From an uncultured Acidobacteriota bacterium (GTDB taxonomy: Bacteria > Acidobacteriota > UBA6911), in NCBI GenBank assembly GCA_963809485.1, contig CAWEJX010000001.1, forward strand, positions 288,001 through 352,000: DNA of 64,000 nt, in the 5' to 3' direction. This document shows, piece by piece, positions 11,611 to 22,110 of the stretch. How positions within the stretch are numbered: position 1 is the stretch's first letter; each line of letters opens with the position of its first letter. The notes under the pieces are model-generated. The model saw only the letters and a list, made by a program, of their open reading frames with translations, had not been told where the DNA came from and made no database searches. The position numbers were made by a program, and so were the translations under genes.

Positions 11611-11723
11611 CAGGCTTCAAGAGGTCTGCGTCCGCTTCGCTCCATCGGCCCCGAGGCCGTGCAGGGGCGGGCACAAGAGTACGGGGCAAGCAGGTTGTTT
11701 TTGAGTTACTGAAAGGACTATTC

Positions 11724-12839
11724 ATGATTCAGGTTCCTGCAGCAAAAATTCAGTTTGTGCCCGAAGACAGAATGTGGATTGCGGAACGAATCCAGGAAGT
11801 CCTGGCAACCGGCCAGCTGACTCTCGGCAAGTACGGCGCTCAGTTTGAAGAAGAATTCGCGCGTCTTTGCGGGGTCCGCCACGCCATTGCGGTGAACAGC
11901 GGAACCAGCGCTCTGGAGATAATTCTCCGATCGATTGGAATTGAGGGCCGGGATGTGATTGTCCCCACCAACACCTTTTTTGCCACGGCGGCGGCGGTCG
12001 TGCATGCCGGCGGTTTTCCCGTGCTGGTCGACATGGATCCGGCATCCTTTTCCCTGCATCCGGAGACCGTGGAGCGCTGCCTGACGCCTAAAACCGCAGG
12101 GATGGTAGTCGTGCATATCGGCGGTATCATCTCCGCTCAGATGACGGCACTTCAGGACCTCGCCCGAAGGAGGAATCTCTGGCTGGTCGAGGATGCAGCT
12201 CATGCGCATGGATCTTCACTCGGTTCCGTAAGCGCAGGCGCTTTTGGAATTGCCGGTTCTTTCAGCTTTTATCCCACCAAGGTCATGACGTCTGCCGAGG
12301 GCGGCATGATCGTGACCAACGACGACGCCATCTCAAAAGAATCCCGGATATACCGCGATCAGGGCAAGGCAAGCTTCACGGTGAACGCCCATGTGCGCAT
12401 GGGCTACAACTGGCGCATGTCCGAGCCCCATGCAATCATAGGCCTCAGGCATCTGCAGCGCCTGCGAGCCATGATCGCCGACAGGCAGGCTATCGCTGCC
12501 GTTTATGACAAAGGGCTGGCGGATCTTGAAAATCTTTACCCGCTCCGGATCCCTCCGGATGGGATTTGTAATTATTACAAATATATAGCCGTTCTTCGCC
12601 GGAGGCTTGATCGCAGGCAATTGAAGGCCAATCTTCGGGAACGGCATGGCGTTTCCCTGGCAGGAGAAGTCTACGAAGAACCGCTTCACAAGCAACCGGT
12701 GTTTGAAAAATACGCTCCGGGCTCCCTGCCTGTTGCAGAGGATCTTTGTTCCAGGCACATCTGCCTGCCCGTCTTCTCCGGGATGCAGGAATCCGAAGCT
12801 TTTCAGGTGCTCCGGGCACTGAAGGAAGCTGTCGGGTAA
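11724..12839 (+). CDS. DegT/DnrJ/EryC1/StrS family PLP-dependent aminotransferase
   Basis: AVNSGTSAL, EDAAHAHG, SFSFYPTKVMTSAEGG, GYNWRMSE. Probable start is ATG 11724. Confidence 0.92.
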   Translation: MIQVPAAKIQFVPEDRMWIAERIQEVLATGQLTLGKYGAQFEEEFARLCGVRHAIAVNSGTSALEIILRSIGIEGRDVIVPTNTFFATAAAVVHAGGFPVLVDMDPASFSLHPETVERCLTPKTAGMVVVHIGGIISAQMTALQDLARRRNLWLVEDAAHAHGSSLGSVSAGAFGIAGSFSFYPTKVMTSAEGGMIVTNDDAISKESRIYRDQGKASFTVNAHVRMGYNWRMSEPHAIIGLRHLQRLRAMIADRQAIAAVYDKGLADLENLYPLRIPPDGICNYYKYIAVLRRRLDRRQLKANLRERHGVSLAGEVYEEPLHKQPVFEKYAPGSLPVAEDLCSRHICLPVFSGMQESEAFQVLRALKEAVG

Positions 12840-12980
12840 ACCGCATAGGATTGACGATTTGCCCTTGAGGACGGACGATTTCAAGCATGCATCTGGAGGC
12901 GGAGTTCCATGAAAATCCGTGCAATTTGAACCAGGGATGCATTAACAGCGGCGCAGCGCGATTGAAGAGACAATGAAAAC

Positions 12981-13793
12981 ATGCATAGAAAGATTGCAGA
13001 TATAACGAAGCTCGAGAACCTGGTGGAACGATTGAGAGGGGACGGCGGATGCCCGTGGGACAAAGAACAGACGCGGGAAACTCTGAAACCGATGCTGATT
13101 GAAGAAGCCTACGAAGTGCTTGACGCACTCGACTCCGAGAACCCGGCGGAGCTTAAAGAGGAGCTGGGAGACCTGCTTTTTCAGGTCGTATTTCACGCTC
13201 AGATCGCCGGGGAACGCAACGAATTTGACCTGGCCGACGTCATAGATCGTTCCCATGAAAAAATGGTCCGGCGGCACCCGCACATTTTCGGGGACGCCGA
13301 TCTGCCGACAGCTGTGGATGTGCTTAAGAATTGGGAGGATATCAAAGCGGCGGAAAAAGGAGTTTTGTCCGCCGCGCATCCGGAATCGGAACGATCCCTT
13401 CTGGATGGGATACCCTCAAAACTGCCGGCTTTGCACCGGGCGTACCAGATGACGGCCAAAGCGTCCAGGGTAGGCTTCGATTGGGCTCATCTCGAGGACA
13501 TACTGTTGAAATTGCGGGAGGAGTCCTCGGAGCTGCTGGAAGCTCAATCCAGGCGGGATGCGCAAAAAATAGCGGATGAAGTCGGCGATCTACTTTTTGT
13601 GGCGGTCAACGCTGCCCGTTTTCTGGGTGTAGATCCCGAAACTGCACTCAGGCACAGCAATGATAAGTTTTCCCGCCGCTTCCGGTTTGTTGAATCCTCC
13701 ATCAAGCGCCAGGGGCGGGATATGAAAAGCGCCTCGCTCTCCGAGATGGATGCGCTCTGGGACGAAGCCAAAAATGCCGAGGCCGGCCGCTAG
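12981..13793 (+). CDS. mazG: Nucleoside triphosphate pyrophosphohydrolase MazG
   Basis: GCPWDKEQT, EEAYEV, EELGDLLFQVVFH, RRHPHIF, GFDW. Confidence 0.96.
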   Translation: MHRKIADITKLENLVERLRGDGGCPWDKEQTRETLKPMLIEEAYEVLDALDSENPAELKEELGDLLFQVVFHAQIAGERNEFDLADVIDRSHEKMVRRHPHIFGDADLPTAVDVLKNWEDIKAAEKGVLSAAHPESERSLLDGIPSKLPALHRAYQMTAKASRVGFDWAHLEDILLKLREESSELLEAQSRRDAQKIADEVGDLLFVAVNAARFLGVDPETALRHSNDKFSRRFRFVESSIKRQGRDMKSASLSEMDALWDEAKNAEAGR

Positions 13794-13935
13794 CCCGAAT
13801 CTCTCACGGGATTTTCCTTAGGAGTTCGTATCGGGGCATTTCTTTTGCGGCTGCAGGTTGGAGCTTGCAGGTTCAGGCCTTTATCCTGCAAGCTTCCGCC
13901 TTCAATCGCAAGTGTCCGGGCCCGCATGAACCGCG

Positions 13936-15957
13936 TCAGGTAACAATGTTGAAATGCTCGATATGGAGCGTTGGATCTGCTTTGATGATGACATCCCTGT
14001 TCAAAAGGTGGCGGATTTCCTCCATCACCATTGACTCGGATTCCCGCAGCGCCCGCGCCACATCCGGGTGAACCCGGACCATCAGTTCCGAGCGGTCGTC
14101 CATGTAGTTCCGCATTTTTTCGATTTCGTGGTAAATGCTGCAGCACGTCGTGGCAACCGACTTGACCATTCCGGAGCCGGTGCAATACGGGCATGGCTGG
14201 CACAGTGTGCGTTCCAGGGATTGTTTGACTCTTTTGCGCGTGATGGCGACCAGCCCGAATTCGTTGAACTCCAGGATCTTGCTTGGTGATTTGTCTCGCG
14301 TGATTTCCTCCGACAACGCCTCCATCACCCGCTTGCGATTCTTGCGTTCGTCCATGTCGATGAAGTCGATCACGATGATTCCCCCGAGGTCTCGCAGCCT
14401 GATCTGGCGGACAATTTCCTTGACTGCCTCGATATTCGTTCGGGTGATCGTTTCCTCGAGGCTGTTCCCGCGGCCGACAAACTTGCCTGTATTGATATCG
14501 ATGCTGACAAGAGCTTCGGTCTGGTTGATTACGATGTAACCGCCGGACTTCAGCCAGATCTTCGACTGAAGCAGCTTGTCAATCTCCGGAGAGATTCCGT
14601 ATTCATCAAAAATCGGGTTCTCCTTGGTATACAGCTTGACCCGGTGGACCAGATTGGGATAAATCTTGTCGACGAATTCCACCACGCGCTGATATTCCGT
14701 CTCATCATCAACCCGAACGGCAGCGAATTCGAATGAGAACTGGTCCCGAAGCAGTCTCTGGACAAGGTTCATTTCGGCATGAATCATCGCCGGAGCCGAG
14801 ACTTCTTCCGCCCGCGCATGCATGTCTTCCCAGAGCCTGACGAGGAAATGAAGGTCGTTCACAAGATCTTCCTCGCTATGTTCCTCTGCGGCGGTCCGTA
14901 CGATGACTCCACCGGGAAAAATGTCGCGGTGCTTCAGAATTATGTCTTTCAACCTTGTTCTTTCGGCATCTGAACCGATCTTGCGCGAGACGCCTATATG
15001 CTCCACCGTGGGCATATAAACCAGATAGCGTCCGGGCAGGGCGATGTGGCTGGTGACTCGTGCGCCCTTCTTGCCGATGGGCTCCTTTGCGACCTGGACC
15101 AGAACCTCCTGCCCCTCGCGCAGCATATCGTCGATGGACTGGTGCTCGGTTCGGGGTGTGTGCCGGGCCACCGTATAGCGTTTGCGTCGCGTCGCGGCGC
15201 CGCGGCGGCGTGCGAAGGATACCTTGGAATTCTCCTGGTCGGCTGCAAACGGCAGCCTGTCGGCGTCATCCCGTATCGATGCAGAATCCAGCGGAGCCGC
15301 ATCAGATTCGGAGGAGTTCGCTTCAAAAGCAACCAGGCCAGGCGGATCAGGAGATTCCGGCTGTTCGGTTGTGCCGGGGAGCGCAGACATATCGGGAGCT
15401 TCGCCTGTCGGGGTCTCCGAACCGGAAGCCGGGTATTCAGGACGGATCGAGGGTGTATAAAGGCCATCCGACTCCAGGTGCGATTCGACTTCAACCTCTG
15501 TATCCGCACTGATATTCCAGCGCTCCAAAGGCGCGCCTGGAATTCCTTCGGCCTGAGCCACCTGCGCATTCGCGCTCCGGGAAGTTTCGGCACGATCCCG
15601 GCGCTCCCGCCAGCGGCTGCGCTCTGTTTTCCGGTCCCGGCGCTGCGGGCGCTCCTGAGGCTCCGCTTCGGTAATCGCGTTAGCCATTTGTTCTTCGGCT
15701 GCGGTGTAAACCTGATCACACTCTTCGGTGTCCTCCAGAAAATCCGAAACATAAAGGAAGGCATCCTTTTCCAGGCCGATGTTCACGAAGGCCGATTGCA
15801 TCCCGGGCAGAACTTTGGTGACCTTCCCTTTATAGGTATTCGCCAGAATACTTCGATTGCGGTTGCGCTCAATATAGAGTTCGGCCAGCTGGTCGTCCTC
15901 CAATATGGCGACTTTGGTCTCCAGCGCTGTGCTGGAAACAATCATTTCTTTTATCAT
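13936..15957 (-). CDS. rne: Rne/Rng family ribonuclease with long insertion in the S1 domain
   Basis: KGKVTKVLPGMQSAFVNIG, QVAKEPIGKKGARVT, IDINTGK, RLRDLGGIIVIDFIDM, CPYCTGSG. Confidence 0.93.
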   Translation of the reverse strand: MIKEMIVSSTALETKVAILEDDQLAELYIERNRNRSILANTYKGKVTKVLPGMQSAFVNIGLEKDAFLYVSDFLEDTEECDQVYTAAEEQMANAITEAEPQERPQRRDRKTERSRWRERRDRAETSRSANAQVAQAEGIPGAPLERWNISADTEVEVESHLESDGLYTPSIRPEYPASGSETPTGEAPDMSALPGTTEQPESPDPPGLVAFEANSSESDAAPLDSASIRDDADRLPFAADQENSKVSFARRRGAATRRKRYTVARHTPRTEHQSIDDMLREGQEVLVQVAKEPIGKKGARVTSHIALPGRYLVYMPTVEHIGVSRKIGSDAERTRLKDIILKHRDIFPGGVIVRTAAEEHSEEDLVNDLHFLVRLWEDMHARAEEVSAPAMIHAEMNLVQRLLRDQFSFEFAAVRVDDETEYQRVVEFVDKIYPNLVHRVKLYTKENPIFDEYGISPEIDKLLQSKIWLKSGGYIVINQTEALVSIDINTGKFVGRGNSLEETITRTNIEAVKEIVRQIRLRDLGGIIVIDFIDMDERKNRKRVMEALSEEITRDKSPSKILEFNEFGLVAITRKRVKQSLERTLCQPCPYCTGSGMVKSVATTCCSIYHEIEKMRNYMDDRSELMVRVHPDVARALRESESMVMEEIRHLLNRDVIIKADPTLHIEHFNIVT

Positions 15958-16607
15958 TTAAATACTCCGATTTTCCGAATGAAGGGCGCAACAGGATGGA
16001 GATGTGAGAGAGAAAAAGGATCAAAAGAGATGGCTCGGATCAGGGGCCATCCTTAGTCTGTCTCTTGGACGCAAGCACCAAACTTGTCAGATCCGCTTTT
16101 TCGGGGAAAACACATTGGGTCGGGCGAAAGCCCGCTAACCATACCTCGTGTATTCAGCAATTCGAATGCCCAAGAAACCGCATTCCTATGGACGCCATGC
16201 GCCCCGGTAACGCCAAAAATCCCGCATCAAATCCCGTTTCATCAATGACTGGCACCCGATACCATCGAGTCGCGACCGGCCATGCATAATTAGTTTCAAA
16301 ACTCTTTAAAAATATCCTCATAATGACGGTTTGCCGGATCATGGTTGCTTCCGGCCTGAACCTGTAATGGTAAATGGGTTACAGCCTTAATTCAAGCATA
16401 TCTCCCAGGCATTTGCCATTCAGGGGATCCCTTTTCCGTGCGGCTTCCCTCTCGGGACAATCCCGGCGAGCATTCCCGGGATCCTGTGCAAAATCAGTGG
16501 AGCCGGAAGCCAGGCGCCCTGAATGCTCCCGCTCACGGCTTCTTGCCTTCAGCTCGAGCAACACTCATGAAGCCCGGCTGTCAACGGCCGGTACTAACCG
16601 CTGCGGA

Positions 16608-17702
16608 TCAATTCACATAACGCCGCATCCTTACGCTCATGCATAGGCTCATTGCGGCAAAGTACGATATGAGAGACGAACCACCGGCACTGACCATAGG
16701 CAGAGGGATTCCGGCGATTGGGAGCAGTCCCACCACCATGCCGATGTTGATCGCCACATGGAAAAGCAGCAAAGCCAGAACTCCGACCACGATCAGAGTG
16801 CCGACCTTATCCTTGGCTTCCCGGGCGGCCCGGAACAGCCGGAAGGACACGAAAAGAAAGAGGCCAAGAATAGTAATGCTGCCTATAAAGCCCTTCTCTT
16901 CTGACAGAACAGCAAAGACAAAATCGGTATGCCTGGCAGGCAAAAAGCCAAGATTGCCCTGAGATCCCTGCTTGAAGCCTTTTCCAAGGAACCTTCCCGA
17001 ACCGACCGCAATCTCCGATTGGATTGTCTGATATCCGAGACGATGGGGATCGCTGGAGGGATTGAGCACGGTTTCAATCCGCCCTTTCTGATATCCTCGG
17101 AGCAGAAACCAGGCAGGCGGAGCGGCAACGGCGACGATAATGAGCAGTGCCACAATATGCTTCCGGCGGATCCCGGCCAGGCAGGAAAGTACGGCATAAA
17201 TCGGGAGAAAGGTAACCGCGGTTCCCAGATCTCCCTGAAGAATCACCAGGAACGCCGGAACAAACACGATCAACCCGCCTAGCAGCAGCTCACGGATGCC
17301 GAGATAATCCTGTTCCAGCTCCGAGTAATACCTGGCCACCGCGAGAATCACCAGCAATTTCATAATTTCGGAAGGCTGGAAAGTGAAGATGCCCACGTCA
17401 ATCCAGCTCTTGTTGCTGTGGATGCTGCGGCCGATGATCAGAACCAGGACAAGAATCGCCAATCCGGTGCCATATATGAAACCTATGAAGTCGGTAAAAA
17501 TGTGATAGTCGAAATAGAGCAACGCTATAAAAGCAAAAAGGCCAATGCACAGATAGACCAGCTGTTTCCCGAAATATGAGTTCAGGCTAGTGCCGTCTGT
17601 CGTGCTCCAGATTGCGACAATTCCAGCAGCGGACAGCGCGAGAAGCGCAAGGAACCATAGCCAGTCGAAGCTTAGCAATAGCCGCTGATCCGCCTTAATC
17701 AT
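16608..17702 (-). CDS. rodA: Rod shape-determining SEDS protein RodA
   Basis: FQPSEIMK, QGDLGTA, QSEIAVGSG, HTDFVFAVLSEEKGF, GIPLP; follows mrdA. Confidence 0.96.
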   Translation of the reverse strand: MIKADQRLLLSFDWLWFLALLALSAAGIVAIWSTTDGTSLNSYFGKQLVYLCIGLFAFIALLYFDYHIFTDFIGFIYGTGLAILVLVLIIGRSIHSNKSWIDVGIFTFQPSEIMKLLVILAVARYYSELEQDYLGIRELLLGGLIVFVPAFLVILQGDLGTAVTFLPIYAVLSCLAGIRRKHIVALLIIVAVAAPPAWFLLRGYQKGRIETVLNPSSDPHRLGYQTIQSEIAVGSGRFLGKGFKQGSQGNLGFLPARHTDFVFAVLSEEKGFIGSITILGLFLFVSFRLFRAAREAKDKVGTLIVVGVLALLLFHVAINIGMVVGLLPIAGIPLPMVSAGGSSLISYFAAMSLCMSVRMRRYVN

Positions 17703-17705
17703 GAC

Positions 17706-19580
17706 TCAATCCACCGTGCCGGAAAGCATTCCGGACGAGCCGGCCTCTGGAAGCCCGGAGTCTGCAATCTGGACACCTGGCATCGTTCTCCCCTTGTGTT
17801 TTTCAAAATATGCGGCGAAGATCTGTTTCGCCAAAGGTGCAGCAGTAACTCCTCCGAATCCCCCGTGTTCAACAAATGCGACTACGGCAATCTCCGGTTT
17901 GTCCCTGCTGGAGAAACCCGCAAACCACGAATGGTCCTCGATTTCCTCGCCTTTCTGCAGTTTACTGGATCTGCCCACGACCTGGACGGTCCCGGTCTTG
18001 CCGCATATGTCCATGCCGGGGATTGCCGCGTTGTGCCCCGTACCCCAATTGTTGACGCTTGCCCACATCCCATCACGGATTCTGCGCGCGTTGTTCTCGC
18101 CGATCGGAATATTGCGCACCGGCCATTTCGTTTCATTCCCGGGATTGGTTTCAGCGCGCAAAAATACATGGGGCGTAGTCAGCAGGCCCCCTGTCGCGAT
18201 GGCGCTTACGGCGCGAAGGATCTGCAGCGGCGTTGTGCTGACCGCTCCCTGCCCGATGGAGACTGAGATGGTTTCCCCCGGATACCATTTCGCCCGGCGA
18301 TTCTGCATCTTCCACTCGGGACTGGGCATCACGCCGCTGCGCTCCCCCGGCAGATCCACGCCGGTCCGTTCGCCCAATCCCAGGGCCTGCGCATGTTCAG
18401 CTATCTTGGAGATCCCCAGTCGTTTACCCAGTTCATAGAAAAAAATATTGCACGATTTTGAGATTGCTTCTTCCAGGCGCAACGAACCGTGGCCCCGGCC
18501 GCCATGGCAGTGAAAAACCCGTCCATAATAGGAAACAGTTCCCTTGCAAAGCACCGCCGGATCGTTATCCAGCAGCCCTTCTTCGAGCCCCGCATCCGCC
18601 ATTATGAGCTTGAAGATGGAGCCCGGGGAGTAGCTGTTCTGGATAGCCCGGTTCTGCATGGGGCGATCGCGGTGATTGACTAATGCGCCCCATTCCTTTT
18701 CCGAAATGTGCGTCGAAAAGGCGTTCGGATCGAAAGATGGCGAACTGGCCATCACCAGGATTTCACCGTTTCGCGGATCCATGGCGACAATCGCGCCAAC
18801 CTTATCTTGCAGGGCTGCCTCGGCAGCCAGCTGCAGATCCAGATCGATCGTCAGAAGCAGCTCCGCGCCCATAGTAGGATCCGTCTCGTTCACAAAACCG
18901 ACTTCCCGGCCCATGCTGTCAACCAGAACCTGGCGTTCTCCATCCTGCCCGGTCAGGATCCGGTTGTAGGTTCGCTCAACTCCGCTTTGTCCGACGATCG
19001 AGCCGGATTTTGCGCCGGGTATGGCATTGCTTTTGAGCTCCTGTTCGGAGATTTCGCCGACATATCCCAGGAGATGGGCCGCAACCTTGCCATAATGGTA
19101 CAGGCGGCGGGGCTCAGGGCCCAACTGAATCTCCGGATGATCCCTGCGGTGCGCCTCTATGATGGAGATATCCTCCATGCCGGCATCTTCTTTTATAACG
19201 ATTGGACGATAGAGGCCGCTGCTTTTGCTGCGGCTGAGCATATTTGCCAGATCCTGAGGCTCGATGCCCAGTTTTTCAGTCAGGAACCGCGTCGTCGCAT
19301 CCGGATCTTTTATTGCTTCCCGGTAGAGGAGCACATCGAAAGAGGATCGGTTTTCTGCCAAAGGCGTTCCATTTCGGTCCGCGATTGTGCCTCGGGGAGC
19401 GACAAGTTCAATTGTCCGGATCCGGTTGTGCTCTGCCTTGCGCGCATATTCGGATCCCTGAATGATCTGGAGTTGCCAGAGCCTTGCCGCGAGGATCAGA
19501 AAAATCAGTAGAACCGGGATGCGGAAAAATACCAGCCGTTGCTGGATCAGTTGTCTGTTGGATTCCTGCTGCAGTACCAA
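17706..19580 (-). CDS. mrdA: Penicillin-binding protein 2
   Basis: PGSIFK (SxxK), SCN (SxN), KTGT; located in the mre operon. Confidence 0.96.
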   Translation of the reverse strand: MVLQQESNRQLIQQRLVFFRIPVLLIFLILAARLWQLQIIQGSEYARKAEHNRIRTIELVAPRGTIADRNGTPLAENRSSFDVLLYREAIKDPDATTRFLTEKLGIEPQDLANMLSRSKSSGLYRPIVIKEDAGMEDISIIEAHRRDHPEIQLGPEPRRLYHYGKVAAHLLGYVGEISEQELKSNAIPGAKSGSIVGQSGVERTYNRILTGQDGERQVLVDSMGREVGFVNETDPTMGAELLLTIDLDLQLAAEAALQDKVGAIVAMDPRNGEILVMASSPSFDPNAFSTHISEKEWGALVNHRDRPMQNRAIQNSYSPGSIFKLIMADAGLEEGLLDNDPAVLCKGTVSYYGRVFHCHGGRGHGSLRLEEAISKSCNIFFYELGKRLGISKIAEHAQALGLGERTGVDLPGERSGVMPSPEWKMQNRRAKWYPGETISVSIGQGAVSTTPLQILRAVSAIATGGLLTTPHVFLRAETNPGNETKWPVRNIPIGENNARRIRDGMWASVNNWGTGHNAAIPGMDICGKTGTVQVVGRSSKLQKGEEIEDHSWFAGFSSRDKPEIAVVAFVEHGGFGGVTAAPLAKQIFAAYFEKHKGRTMPGVQIADSGLPEAGSSGMLSGTVD

Positions 19581-19698
19581 TTTTCAGCTCATCATGTCCC
19601 GCCCGGAGATCATCCCGGGCACGGGCAAAAGTTGCAGGCATCGGGTTCGAGAGGCATAGAACAGCCGGAACGACGCCTTTACATTCCTGAACCGCCAC

Positions 19699-20187
19699 CT
19701 AGTGCGCTTTGTTCGCTTGGGTTCGCTTATAGGTTTCCAGGCCTGCAAAAAAGATAATGCCGACACCCGCGGTAATAAACGCCTGCACGATGGACGCGCC
19801 GAGGAAGATCCGTCCTGTGGTGCGCTGCATCAGCCAGAAAAGGAGGAACATGCTCAGCGAATTCAGGCAGGAAGAGACCGCGAGGATCGAAAAGCGCACC
19901 CAGGGTTGTTCCAGGGTATTGAACCTTTTCCAGCATTGGCCGATGAAAAAAGCAGCCAGAGTCTTGCCAAATCCATTGTAGCCGAGGGGCCAGCCCATGG
20001 CTGCGTCCAGAAGCAGTCCGGTCAGCGAACCCACGAAGATTGCCTGAATACGGCTGCGATAGATGGCCCAATAGGCGATAAGGATCAGGGACAAGTCCAG
20101 AAAATTGAAAAGGAAAAAGTTATTCCCCACAATCATCTGGGCGACGATAGCCAGGAATGACGACAATGCAAGAAACAAGTACTTCAT
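19699..20187 (-). CDS. mreD: Rod shape-determining protein MreD
   Basis: Hydrophobic 162 aa ORF between mreC and mrdA; GLLLDA motif. Confidence 0.88.
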   Translation of the reverse strand: MKYLFLALSSFLAIVAQMIVGNNFFLFNFLDLSLILIAYWAIYRSRIQAIFVGSLTGLLLDAAMGWPLGYNGFGKTLAAFFIGQCWKRFNTLEQPWVRFSILAVSSCLNSLSMFLLFWLMQRTTGRIFLGASIVQAFITAGVGIIFFAGLETYKRTQANKAH

Positions 20188-20253
20188 GGCATCTAAAGTG
20201 CTTCAGGAACCCGGCATCCGAATGTTCCCGAGGCTTTGACATATGCGCCGGAT

Positions 20254-21090
20254 CTACGGACTCGATGGCTCCAGAAGCAGCACGGATACTTCTTCAAGTC
20301 GAATAAGGTCGACTCTCGGTTCCACCTTGACGGATCGAAAAACTCCCTTTCCCTTTTGGGAATCGACTACTTTCCCCACCACAAGCCCTTTGGGAAAAAT
20401 CCCATCCAGGCCTGAGCTCAAAACGATATCGCCCACGGCAACCTGCTCCGTGTTATTGATATAACTCAGATCCATGGGGATATCTCCGGATCCCCTCAAG
20501 ACTCCGGGGGTACGCGCCTGCTCCAGCATCACTCCAACGGAAGCATCCGGATTGGTGATCAGCTGAACCTGGGATTGGTGGCCTGAAGCCAGAACTATTC
20601 TCCCGACAATGCCATCTCCCGAAAGCACGGGCGCGTCGATTTTCACTCCGTCTTTGGCCCCCCGGTCTATATAGATCACGTTGGCCAGGAAGCTTGGGGT
20701 CCGGGCGATAATCCTTGCCCCCAATGTCCTGTAAGGAAGGCTTTGGTTCAATGAAACGAGTCGCCGCAGCCTGGTATTTTCCTGCCGGGCCCGTTCGTTG
20801 GAGCGGTTCAAGAGAGAAAGCTGGCGCACAGATTCCCGCAGCCTTTTATTCTCCGCACGCGCGCCAACCGTCCAGACATAGCCGGTCCATACATGGCGGA
20901 TTCCATTGGTGATGGCTGATGAGGCTGCCAGAATGGGCGCCTGAGCGGTGAGGGTCCAGGTCTTGAACAAAAGTGTGCCCGATGCCCCCTCGATTTGCAG
21001 AGAGAGAATAATCAACTGCAGAAGCAGCAGCGGTATGGTTACAAGTACCGCGCGCTCCTTGCTCGATTTCGCGGACAGTTCACTGGACAC
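20254..21090 (-). CDS. mreC: Rod shape-determining protein MreC
   Basis: ENTRLRRL coiled coil, IDRGAKDGV, GIVGRI, SSGLDGIFPKG. Confidence 0.95.
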   Translation of the reverse strand: MSSELSAKSSKERAVLVTIPLLLLQLIILSLQIEGASGTLLFKTWTLTAQAPILAASSAITNGIRHVWTGYVWTVGARAENKRLRESVRQLSLLNRSNERARQENTRLRRLVSLNQSLPYRTLGARIIARTPSFLANVIYIDRGAKDGVKIDAPVLSGDGIVGRIVLASGHQSQVQLITNPDASVGVMLEQARTPGVLRGSGDIPMDLSYINNTEQVAVGDIVLSSGLDGIFPKGLVVGKVVDSQKGKGVFRSVKVEPRVDLIRLEEVSVLLLEPSSP

Positions 21091-22105
21091 AAATTCTCCG
21101 GAACAACTTTAGGTCGGTCAGCATTTTGCTCGTTCCCAGAACCACGGATGAAAGGGGATCTTCCGCAACAAACACCGGAAGCCCCGTCTCGGAAGCCAAC
21201 CGTTTATCAAAACGCTTCAGAAGGGCCCCCCCGCCGGTTAAAACAATGCCCCGGTCCATGATATCCGCCGATAATTCGGGCGGAGTGCGCTCCAGGGCCA
21301 CTTTAATGGCATTTATTATGATCGCGATGCTGTCACTCAGCGCTTCGCGAATTTCTTCATCGGTGACCGTGATCGTTTTGGGAACGCCCTCAATCAGGTT
21401 GCGTCCTTTAATTTCCATCGTCATCGGCCGATCGAGAGGCGCGGCAGAACCCAATTGCATTTTGATCGTCTCCGCGGTGCGTTCTCCGATGAGCAGGTTG
21501 TGCTTGCGCTTGATGTACTGGATAATTGCGTCATCCATCTCGTTCCCGGCAACTCTTACGGAGCGGCTGTACACGATTCCGGATAAAGAAATTACTGCAA
21601 TGTCCGAGGTTCCTCCGCCGATATCCACGATCATATTGCCGCAGGCTTCGGTGATGGGCATTCCGGCTCCAATGGCTGCCACAATCGCCTGTTCGACAAG
21701 ATACACTTCACTGGCCTTGGCGCGCAGCGCCGACTCCTGCACCGCCCGCTTTTCAACCTGCGTGATTTCCGAGGGGATGCCGATCACAATCCGAGGACTC
21801 AACAGATGGTTGCGGCTGTGGGCTTCCTTTATGAAATACTTCAGCATCACTTCCGTTACGTCGAAGTCCGCGATCACCCCATCTTTCATCGGCTTGACGG
21901 CAATGATGTCGGCCGGAGTTCGTCCAAGCATCTCCTTGGCTTCGCGCCCTACAGCAACAACCTTTTTGTTGTTTTTGTCAAGAGCGACAATAGAGGGTTC
22001 GTTCACCACTATTCCCCGCCCTTTTGCGTAAACCAGGGTATTGGCAGTGCCGAGATCGATAGCCAAATCACTGGAAAAGAAACCAAATAATGATCTTAAA
22101 TTCAT
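21080..22105 (-). CDS. mreB: Actin-like rod shape-determining protein MreB
   Basis: IDLGTANT, DGVIADF, VDIGGGT, LTGGGALL. Confidence 0.98.
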   Translation of the reverse strand: MNLRSLFGFFSSDLAIDLGTANTLVYAKGRGIVVNEPSIVALDKNNKKVVAVGREAKEMLGRTPADIIAVKPMKDGVIADFDVTEVMLKYFIKEAHSRNHLLSPRIVIGIPSEITQVEKRAVQESALRAKASEVYLVEQAIVAAIGAGMPITEACGNMIVDIGGGTSDIAVISLSGIVYSRSVRVAGNEMDDAIIQYIKRKHNLLIGERTAETIKMQLGSAAPLDRPMTMEIKGRNLIEGVPKTITVTDEEIREALSDSIAIIINAIKVALERTPPELSADIMDRGIVLTGGGALLKRFDKRLASETGLPVFVAEDPLSSVVLGTSKMLTDLKLFRRICVQ

Positions 22106-22110
22106 AATTC

